Shown in pieces: positions 1-8,600 of a stretch of DNA of 64,000 nucleotides (positions within the stretch are counted from its first letter, which is position 1; every line of letters starts with the position of its first letter). The position numbers and the translations under genes were made by a program. Under the pieces are notes generated by a model. That model had not been told where the DNA came from. It did no database searches and saw only the letters and a list, made by a program, of their open reading frames with translations. The stretch covers positions 2,880,001 to 2,944,000 of the forward strand of contig NZ_JAQNDL010000003.1 of assembly GCF_028368995.1 (NCBI RefSeq), in the 5' to 3' direction. Origin of the DNA: Nannocystis bainbridge. GTDB lineage: Bacteria > Myxococcota_A > Polyangia > Nannocystales > Nannocystaceae.

Positions 1-186
1 CCGCGCCGCGACGTGTACCTGTTGCAGGCCCCCGGCGCGGCCCTCACGCTCCAGGCGGTCGACGACCTGCCGCATGGCGCGTCCGCCGTCGCCCGAGCGG
101 CCGTGGACGCCCCCCGGCGAGAACTCGCCGCTCTCATCGACCGCCACGGCGCTCGCCCGGATCTGACCGAAAGGACCGCACCATGA
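1..186 (+). CDS. 3' end of a hypothetical protein, truncated by the window edge
   Basis: Frame 1 is open from base 1 (PRRDVYLLQAPG...LTERTAP*) with GC3-rich codons. Its TGA (184-186) overlaps the ATG at 183 (ATGA coupling). Confidence 0.55.
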   Translation, partial: PRRDVYLLQAPGAALTLQAVDDLPHGASAVARAAVDAPRRELAALIDRHGARPDLTERTAP

Positions 187-959
187 CGGCTGGGCCGCGG
201 GGCATCCTCTGGTACCTCCGCAAGGTCCCGGCTTTCTCTGTGTTGCCCAAGTCCGCCTTGCAGGCGCTCGGCGACGCCACCGCGTTGCGCGAGCTCTCGC
301 GGCGGACCGTCTTGCACATGCCCGGGGACGACGCCGAGCACGTCTACTGCCTCCACGGCGGCCGGGTCTGCGTTCTGCGCGAGTCGACGACCTGTCGCAC
401 GATCAACCTCGGCGACTTCGGGCCCGGTGACATCTTCGGCGAGAGCTGCGTGTGGACGCCCGCCCCGCGGGAGGACACTGCCATCACCACGGCCGCGGCT
501 CTGCTCTCGATGATCCCGCGAGTCGCCCTGCGCCTCGTGCTCGACGAGTACCCCGAGGCTGAGCGGACCCTGGTCGCACAGTCGATGGCCCGCCGCGACG
601 CGACCACACGGCGGCTGTGCGACGCACTCAGCCTCAGCGTCCGAGCGCGGCTCGCCGGCCAAATTCTCCGGCTCGCCGAGGGTGGCCGCAACACCATGCG
701 TGGCCGCGAACTCGTGATCTCGATCCGCCACCATGAGCTCGCGGCCCTCGTCGTCAGCACGCGGGAGACCGTGTCGCTCGAGCTGCAACGGCTCGAGCGC
801 GACCGACTGATCGCGCGGGTCGGTCGCCAGATCGTCGTACCCGACCTCCGCCAGCTTCGGGCCGCCGCCCGCGAAGACCGGCCGCCAGAACAGGACCCGG
901 CTCGCGCGAAGGCACGGTCCACGAAAACGACATCCACCCGAGGGGCACGCGCCCCTTGA
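183..959 (+). CDS. CRP/FNR family transcriptional regulator
   Basis: cNMP-binding-like domain (L..V.AFSVL...G.V.V......G.FGPGDIFGE) and C-terminal HTH (HHELAALVVSTRETVSLEL..LER..LI). Confidence 0.9.
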   Translation: MTAGPRGILWYLRKVPAFSVLPKSALQALGDATALRELSRRTVLHMPGDDAEHVYCLHGGRVCVLRESTTCRTINLGDFGPGDIFGESCVWTPAPREDTAITTAAALLSMIPRVALRLVLDEYPEAERTLVAQSMARRDATTRRLCDALSLSVRARLAGQILRLAEGGRNTMRGRELVISIRHHELAALVVSTRETVSLELQRLERDRLIARVGRQIVVPDLRQLRAAAREDRPPEQDPARAKARSTKTTSTRGARAP

Positions 960-1062
960 TCCACGCCGCGCCCGCTGCATGCGGGTGCTCGACGGCGGTC
1001 GTCACCGCCGAACCCTTGCGATGACAACCGCGCTCGCACGAGCGCCACAGGTGAGGTGTATC

Positions 1063-4000
1063 TTGAAACGTCCCACACTCAGCGGGGCCACATGGGCCTT
1101 GCTATCCATTATCGCCTGCAACGGCGACTCCGTCTCGGTGAAGCCATTCGATCCCCCGGGCGCGGTGACGGCGTTTTCGGATCCTGAGTCGCCCCCGGAC
1201 CCGCCTGGGCCCGACGAGGACGACTCCACAGCGCATGTCTGCCGGGTCGACGCGGACTGTGGTGCGGGCCGCTTCTGCGAACTGCGGATCTGCGTGGTCG
1301 GCTGCGCCGGCGACGACTGCGGGCCAGATGCATCCTGCGATCCGCATGGACGCTGCGCGTCGGCCAGCGGCGACGAACCGGCACCGCCCCTCGGGGTGCC
1401 GGTACTGGTCGAGCGCTTCACGGTCCTGGCGTTTGGCGAGACCGAGGCACGCACGACCCTCCGCAACGAGGGCGCCGACGTCCTTCAATACCGCCTGACG
1501 ACCGGCAGCTCCGCGCTGACGGTCGACGTGGCGCTCGCCGAGCTCACCCCGGGCGCCGAGGTCGAGCTCATCGCCCATGTGGATCCGGTCCAGCTCGCGC
1601 CCGCCGAGCAGAGGCTCCCGGTCCAGGTCATCACCAGCGGCGGGGCGATCCTGTGGTCGATCGAGCTCGAGACGGCGCCCGAGTCCGGCCACTTCCGCGG
1701 CGCGGCGAGCTTCAATGCTGAAGGCGTCAGCCTCGCCGGCAGCGAATTGGTCCTCGATCTCGACTTCCGAGACGACGGCACGGTCGCCGGCCGAGTCGAC
1801 ACCGACGCGAGCTTGCTCTGGCCGCAGCCGCTCGCGCTCACGGGCACGTGGACGCCCGCGGGTAAGGTCACGATCGAACTACGCGACCGACTGCCCGCAG
1901 ATGGCTGGCGCTCCAGCCCGATCGCGCGCGAGCTCGGGCGAACGGTCATTCTCACTGGCACGCGCAGCGCGAGCGGCCTCGAAGGCACGCTCGTCGAGTC
2001 GCTCACGGGCCTGCGCGACGCGCCTGTGCAGATCGGCGGCGCGTTCACGCTGCGCCGGCAGGGTCCGCTCACGGGCCTGGTCCACGTCGCCGAGGATCTT
2101 CCAAGCGATGCCATCGCGCCGTCCTGGCTCACCCCGCCGGGCCTCGACGCCGACGCCTGCGACGGCCTCGGCAAGTCCTATGGGACGACCGACTCCCTCG
2201 CCGAACCAAGTCCCGCGTGCGAGGCATGCGCGGACGGAAATTGTACTCCCGAGGACAGGATCGAATGCGGCGGCGACCTACGGGCCTCCGTTTACAATCT
2301 TCCCGCTGTCCTCGCCGAGTTGCACGGCGGCGGCCAGGTCAAGCCCCCGAGCTCCTGGACCTGGGACGACTGCACGGCCGGCGCGCCGCCCTACGACAAT
2401 GGCCAGACGTGCCTCGACATCGGCGCGTTGCGCTGCGCTCACGCGCTGATCCGCCGCGGCAGCATCGATCTCGGCGGCGCCTGGGGCGAGGCGCTCGGTC
2501 ACAGCGCCGCCTTGTTCGCCGCCGACGAAGCACAGGCCGCCGCGCTGCTCTCTGTCGAGACGCAGATCGACGCCGCGTTTGCCTACAAGGACGAGCTCGG
2601 CGAGCCCGTCTCCGACGTCTTGGCCCGCGAGCTCGAGCTACTCGCCGACGACCGCGAACGTCTCGCCGCCGCGCTGGCGCCCACGCTCGCGCCCGCCTAC
2701 GCCGACAGCATCGAATGGATCGACGCGAACAACGCCGATCCGCCGACAGCCCAGGCCCACCTCGCGCCGCTCGACCTCGTCACCGGATTCGCCAGGGCCA
2801 CAAGCCAGTGGGCGCGCCTCGCCCAGCGCGCCCGCAAGAACGTCGCCGACGTGCGCGCCGCGGTGCGCCTCGCCGCGATCGCCACCCACGCCGCGGGGGC
2901 CGAGCTGCATGCCCGCCTGCACGACAACCCCGACGCGGCGGCGGGCCTGCGCGTGCTTGACCCGGCCCTCCTGTCGCTCGCGTCCGTCCACGCCGAGCTG
3001 ACCTCGGATTCGTCCTTCGGCTACCCCACCGCCTACGTGCCGCTGGCGCTCGGTCCCCAGGACATCGCGCAGCATCGGACCAACTTCGAGGCCGTCCACG
3101 CCCTCGCGACCGACGACCTCGCCCAGCTCGAGCAGGTCACCACCGACGCATGGCAGGCGGTCCGCGACTACGAGCAGAAGGCCCACGCGCTCGATACGAC
3201 CGCCTTTCAGATCGAGGCCGAGTACAACGGCAAGCTCCGCGCCCTCTGCGGCAGCCTCCCCGGCGACACCGCGCCCGCGCTCGAGAGCTGCGGCCAACAC
3301 GGCGGCCAGATCGCCGATCACAAGGCCGCCATCGCGGCGGCGGGGCTGCGGATCCGCCACGCCGCCCAGGCGGTGGAGAACAACCTCCACGCGATCGCGG
3401 TCGAGGAGGAGCGCTTCGGCAAGGAAGTCGCCATCGCGCTCGATCTCCAGGCGGAGATCGAGGCCGCGCAGGGCCAGATCTTCAAGGTCCAGGACGCCGC
3501 TGGCGAGCAGCGGTCGGCGCTCGCGCAGGCCCAGGCCACCGCGGAGTGCAGCCGCGTCCGCGAGAACGCCCAGGCCCAGCGCGACGTGCTCATCGGCGAC
3601 TGCACGCAGCAGATCGGATCGAGCCTTTTCTCCGGTCCGAGCGTCTTCGGCAACGCCCTACCGAACCCCGTGGCACTCGCCGGCGCGGTCATGTCGTGCG
3701 AGGCCAACTTACGCAGCCTCGGTATCGGCACCGACAACCAGTGCGAGAGCATCCTCGCGCAAGCGGGCCTCGAGAGCGCGCGCGACGAACTCCAGCGCAA
3801 CGAGGAGCAGGAGATCACGGCGATCAACGCCGAGATCGACGCGACCATCCGCGCCAGCGATCTCGAGGTGCGCAGAGCCGCATCGGTGGCCCTCGTCAAG
3901 AACATCCGCGCCGAGGGCTCGCTGCTTCAGATCGAGGTCGAGGAGGCCGAGCTCGCGCGCGACGCGGCGATGACCGCGATGTGGGGCGCCTACCAGGAGG

Positions 4001-4920
4001 TCGGCGCGCTGATGCAGGAGAAGGCCCTCGCCGTGGGCCTCATGCTCGAGGACAACCCCGACAACGCGCTGACCCGGCCGCACTTCCTTCAGGCCCGCCT
4101 CGAGTCCGCACGCCGTGTCCTTCCGGTCCGCGAGCAGACCGCCCGCCGCGTTTATCTCGCCCTGCGCGCCCTCGAGTACGAGGTGAACCAACCCCTGCCG
4201 ACCCTGCGGGACACCCTCGCCACGGCCCGGTCGCCCGCCGATTTCTCCGCGCTGCTCTCCTGCCTCGACAGCATCTTCGAGGACTACCGGCTCGAGCACG
4301 GCTTCGGCCAGCCCTACGTCACCGAGGTCAGCCTGCGCTCGGACATCTTCGCCATCACCCTCGACGTACCTGACGTCGACGGCTCCGCGGTCACGCCCGC
4401 CGAGCAATTCGTCGCGCTCCTGCGCGACCCGCTGCACCGCAAGCCGGACGGCGCCGTCGCTCTGCCCTTCGCGCTCTCGGCGTTCGAGCACGCGCTGTTC
4501 CCGTCGGCGCTCTGCGACGATCGCGTCGAGGAGATCGAGGTCAAGCTCGTCGGCGACTACCTCGGCGACCGCGAGGCCGAGGTCTGGCTCACTCGCCAGG
4601 GCCTTGCCGGAGTACGCCGCTGCGACGGCGCCGACCTGCCGTCCTGGTCGGCATACGTGCCCTACAGCTTCGAGCTCGAGCAAGTCGTAATCCAGGCCGG
4701 CGTCGGCGATTGGGGCACGGCTGGCGCGAACGCGGGCTACGCGGCCTGGCCGCTCCATGGCGAACAGTGGACGCTCACGATCCCGCCGCCCGATAAAGCG
4801 CCGGCCAACCTCGACGTCAACCTTCGGCACGTCGCCGACGTTGTGCTGCGCCTCCATCACCGCGCCGGTTCAGTCGCGCCGGTCGGCCAGGGCACGTTCA
4901 CGCCGAGCTGCGGCGGGTGA
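1063..4920 (+). CDS. Large lipoprotein with Cys-rich/Ig-like N-terminus, long coiled-coil hairpin and Tc-toxin A (TcB-binding-like) C-terminus
   Basis: ORF 979-4920. Likely start is TTG 1063 after GAGGT, giving MKRPTLSGATWALLSIIA-C (lipobox). CxxDxDC motifs, long Ala/Gln/Glu helices around a hydrophobic tip, and C-terminal RVEEIEVKLVG...WTLTIP...N...LRHVADVVLRLHHRA resembling the TcA C-terminal beta-sandwich. The TcA homology is inference. Confidence 0.7.
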   Translation: MKRPTLSGATWALLSIIACNGDSVSVKPFDPPGAVTAFSDPESPPDPPGPDEDDSTAHVCRVDADCGAGRFCELRICVVGCAGDDCGPDASCDPHGRCASASGDEPAPPLGVPVLVERFTVLAFGETEARTTLRNEGADVLQYRLTTGSSALTVDVALAELTPGAEVELIAHVDPVQLAPAEQRLPVQVITSGGAILWSIELETAPESGHFRGAASFNAEGVSLAGSELVLDLDFRDDGTVAGRVDTDASLLWPQPLALTGTWTPAGKVTIELRDRLPADGWRSSPIARELGRTVILTGTRSASGLEGTLVESLTGLRDAPVQIGGAFTLRRQGPLTGLVHVAEDLPSDAIAPSWLTPPGLDADACDGLGKSYGTTDSLAEPSPACEACADGNCTPEDRIECGGDLRASVYNLPAVLAELHGGGQVKPPSSWTWDDCTAGAPPYDNGQTCLDIGALRCAHALIRRGSIDLGGAWGEALGHSAALFAADEAQAAALLSVETQIDAAFAYKDELGEPVSDVLARELELLADDRERLAAALAPTLAPAYADSIEWIDANNADPPTAQAHLAPLDLVTGFARATSQWARLAQRARKNVADVRAAVRLAAIATHAAGAELHARLHDNPDAAAGLRVLDPALLSLASVHAELTSDSSFGYPTAYVPLALGPQDIAQHRTNFEAVHALATDDLAQLEQVTTDAWQAVRDYEQKAHALDTTAFQIEAEYNGKLRALCGSLPGDTAPALESCGQHGGQIADHKAAIAAAGLRIRHAAQAVENNLHAIAVEEERFGKEVAIALDLQAEIEAAQGQIFKVQDAAGEQRSALAQAQATAECSRVRENAQAQRDVLIGDCTQQIGSSLFSGPSVFGNALPNPVALAGAVMSCEANLRSLGIGTDNQCESILAQAGLESARDELQRNEEQEITAINAEIDATIRASDLEVRRAASVALVKNIRAEGSLLQIEVEEAELARDAAMTAMWGAYQEVGALMQEKALAVGLMLEDNPDNALTRPHFLQARLESARRVLPVREQTARRVYLALRALEYEVNQPLPTLRDTLATARSPADFSALLSCLDSIFEDYRLEHGFGQPYVTEVSLRSDIFAITLDVPDVDGSAVTPAEQFVALLRDPLHRKPDGAVALPFALSAFEHALFPSALCDDRVEEIEVKLVGDYLGDREAEVWLTRQGLAGVRRCDGADLPSWSAYVPYSFELEQVVIQAGVGDWGTAGANAGYAAWPLHGEQWTLTIPPPDKAPANLDVNLRHVADVVLRLHHRAGSVAPVGQGTFTPSCGG

Positions 4921-4926
4921 GGGGCT

Positions 4927-5178
4927 ATGCGCATCCACAGCATCATCCCCGCCAGCGAGCTCCAGCCCGGCCTGGCGACCATCATTGTCCGAATGCCCGG
5001 CCACCCCACGGTCCGTAGTCGCGCCGTCATGGTGCAGCACCACGGCCCCGGCGTCGTGCAGGTGGCGTTTGCCTCCGGCGAAATCCTGAGCATGAGCGAA
5101 CGGACGATGGTCGGACGGATCGTGAACTGCACGGTCCGGCCGACGCGACGCGATGCACCGCAGCGAGGCACGAAGTGA
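4927..5178 (+). CDS. Small hypothetical protein (83 aa)
   Basis: ATG 6 nt after the upstream stop with GAGGGG RBS; its stop overlaps the next start. Confidence 0.5.
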   Translation: MRIHSIIPASELQPGLATIIVRMPGHPTVRSRAVMVQHHGPGVVQVAFASGEILSMSERTMVGRIVNCTVRPTRRDAPQRGTK

Positions 5179-5606
5179 TGCCGGACGAGCCGGACGAGCA
5201 TCCGCTCGCGGGCATCGACCGAAACCTCGCCGGCGTGCTGCGCCTCGTCAACCTGGCCGAGGCGCAGGACCGGGCGCCCTTCGAGCAGGTCTGGTGGTCG
5301 CTACGCGGCATGAAGCGCGGCGTGGTCGCGGCGCTGTCCGGCGTCATGAACCACGAGCGCCGAATGCACCCGACCGGCGCCGCTTTGCTCCGCACGCTTC
5401 TCGATGAAGAGCGCGCATGCACGTACCAGCACGCGGCACGGATCGGACTCGTGCCGCGCGTCGGGGGCCCGACGACGGCGCGCTCGTTGTCCGGGTCGGC
5501 GCTCCGTTTTAACCGTGGCGACGGGGCATCTGCGCCGCCGTCATCCACCGATTCTTTTCCACCTGTTGAGGTCGGAACGGCTCTGACGACGCTGCTGGGT
5601 CTCTGA
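5175..5606 (+). CDS. Small hypothetical protein (143 aa)
   Basis: GTGATG start overlaps the upstream TGA, GAGG RBS, co-directional within the toxin locus. Confidence 0.5.
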   Translation: MMPDEPDEHPLAGIDRNLAGVLRLVNLAEAQDRAPFEQVWWSLRGMKRGVVAALSGVMNHERRMHPTGAALLRTLLDEERACTYQHAARIGLVPRVGGPTTARSLSGSALRFNRGDGASAPPSSTDSFPPVEVGTALTTLLGL

Positions 5607-5643
5607 GCGCCGATTCCCTTCACCCCTCTCTCGAAAGATCCCC

Positions 5644-8600
5644 ATGTCTCTCCGAACAGGTCCCATTCTGGTCGCGCTCGTGCTCGCGGCGGGCACCGCC
5701 CGCGCCGACACCAGTGCGACCCTGGCCACCGCCATCAACCTCCCGAAGGGCCCGGCCTCGATCGAGGGCTTCGGCCAGGGTTACGACGTCAGCGCCGCGA
5801 GCGGGCTGCCGTCCGTGTCATACCCGATCGAGGTCCCGCCGGGTCGCGCGGGCCTTCAGCCTCAGCTCGCGCTGCATTACAGCGCTGGCGAAGGCGCGGG
5901 GGTGCTGGGGCTCGGCTGGTCGCTCGGGCTCCCGGCGATCGAGCGCTCGCTCCGGACCGGCATCCCGCGCTACGACGACACCGACGCATGGGTCCTGCGC
6001 GGTCTCGGCGGTGGCGAGGAGCTCGTCGAGGTGGCGCCGGGCGCCTACCGTGAGCGGATCGAGCAGGGCCCGCCCGTCGTCGTCCGCTCGCTGCCCGGCG
6101 GAGCCATGTCCGCCGTCACCACGGACGGCACCGGCTATCTGTTCGGTCTCACGGACGAGGCGCGTCTCACTGGCGACGCGGGCGACTTCCGCCTCGAGCT
6201 CTCGGCGATCACCGACGTCCACGGCAATCGCATCGATTTTTACTACGCGCGCGAGCAGGGCTCCTCCGCACCACTGCTCGCTGCGATCACCTACAACGAC
6301 GGCCGCGCCGCCGTTCGCTTCGCCTACGAGACGCGCACCGACCTCGTTCGCACCCGGGCGCCGGGCTTCGCGGTCGAGCTGCGCCACCGGCTCCGCGCGA
6401 TCGTCACGGAGGTCGATGGCGCGCCCGTCCGCACCACGACGCTCACCTACCATCAGACCGTCATGAACCCGGCGAGCGCCCTCGCCCGGATCGACACCTC
6501 CGCGAGCGACGGCGCCGCGCTCCCGCCCTGGCACCTCCGTTACGCCGGCGCGCTCGACGAGCCGCGCGAGAACCCGATCGCCGAGGCCCCCGCGCTCGAT
6601 CCCACCGCGGACGGCCGCGCCTGGGTCGACATCGACGGCGACGCGCTGCCCGACCTGCTGGATACGACCCTGGACGGTTGGCGCTACCGCAAGGGCCGAG
6701 GCGCCGCGCTCGCATCCTCCTGGACCCCGATCCCGACGCCTGCCGCCACGCTCACCGCGTCCGCGCGCTTCGCCGACCTCACGGGCGACGGGATCGAGGA
6801 TCTACTCGCGCAGCCCAGCGAGGGCGAGTTGTGGGCGTTCACCGGGGGCGGCACCCCGTTCGGCAAGGGCACGCCGATCAGCCTCGACGTCGGCTTCGAC
6901 CTCACCGCGCCGAACGTCGCCCTCATCGATCTCAACCTGGACAGCCGCGTCGACGTGCTGAGACATGACGATGCGGACGGCTGGATCTGGATCCGCCACC
7001 ATGACGCGGCTGGCTACCTCCCGGCCGAGCCCGTCCCTCCGCCGCCCGCCGGCATGCGTCTTGGCGATCCTGGGGTGCAGCTCGCCGACCTCGACGGCGA
7101 TCGCCTGCCCGACCTCGTGCGCGTCCTGCCGAGCGAGAGCCGCATCCTCGTCGCCGCGGGCGAGGGTTTCGGTCTGTTCGCCGAGCCGGTCGATCTCGCG
7201 GGCGTGCCACCGATGGCGGAGGGCCAGCGCTGGGAGGTCGCCGACCTCAACGGCGACGGCGCGGCGGACCTCGTGCGGATCGGCGCCGCGTCACTGGACC
7301 TCTACACCTACCAGCACGACGGCGCAGTCGCTCCGGCCACGAGCGTCGCCTGGCCCGACCTCCAAGCCGATGAGATCGTGATCCTGAGCGACGTGGACGC
7401 GAGCGGCACCGTCGACGTGCTGCGCGTCGACACAGACGGTTCACAGCCATGGCGCGCCTGGACGTTCGCGGAGCGCCCCGGTCTGCTCGCCGAGCTGCGC
7501 ACTGGCCTCGGCTACAGTCGAGACTTCACCTACGCGTCAGCCGCGGTGCTCGCTGATGCCGACGCCGACGCAGGCGCCCCATGGAAGTCGACGCCCCCGA
7601 CACCGCTGCCGGTGCTGATCCGGTCTCACGAAACCGACGCGCACACGTCCTGGACGCACACCGCGGAGCACCACGTGCGCGACGGCTGGTATGACCCGGC
7701 CCGCGGCGAATTCCGCGGCTTCGCCGAGCTGCGCGAGACCGACCTGGGCGACGGCCACAGCGAGACCGCGACCACCACCACGCGCTACGACCTCGGCCAG
7801 ACCGACGAGGCCCGCAAACTCCAGCTCCTCGACAGCGAAACCGCGAGCCCGCGCGGCATGCTCGTCCGCGAGTCGCACACAATCGGGGTCGAGAGCCCCG
7901 CGCCCGGTGTGCTCGCCGCCCGCCGCGTCGCCACCGACACCGACCACCTGGAAGCCGGCCCGGCCGCCGCGGCCGTCCGCGTGCGCACCGAGTGGGATTT
8001 CGACGCGTGGGGCAATGTCCTTGAGGAGCGGGCCCTCGGTCGTGTCGACGCAAAATCCGGCGCGGACCTGCCGGGCGACGAGCGCATCACGATGTACACG
8101 TACGCCGAGCCCGCGGCCGACGATGCGCCGCGCGACCGCGTCGCCGAGCAGATCGTCAGCGACGCCGACGGCGCGCAGATCACTGCGATCCGGACCTACT
8201 ACGACGGACCGCCGGAACAAGGCGCGCCGCTTGGCCAGCTCGACGCCCGCGGCGTCGTCGCCCGAGTCGAGACCTGGCTCGCTGGCGAAACCTGGGTCCC
8301 GACGCTGCGCCAGACGGTCGACGCGCACGGCAACATCACGCGGATCCGCGACGCCGAAGACGGCACGCTGGAGCGGCATTTCGACGATGACGGTTTGTTC
8401 CCGATCGAGGAGCGCCTGCTGCTCGCCAGCGCCGACGATCTGGTGACGACGGCGACCTGGGACGCGCGAACGGGGCATCCCCTCGTCGTCAGCGCGCCCA
8501 ACGGCGCCACGACCCGCGCCGAGTACGACGGCCTCGGCCGCCTGATCGCGGAGATCGAGCCCGGCGACACGCCCGAGCTGCCGACCACGCGCTACCGCTA

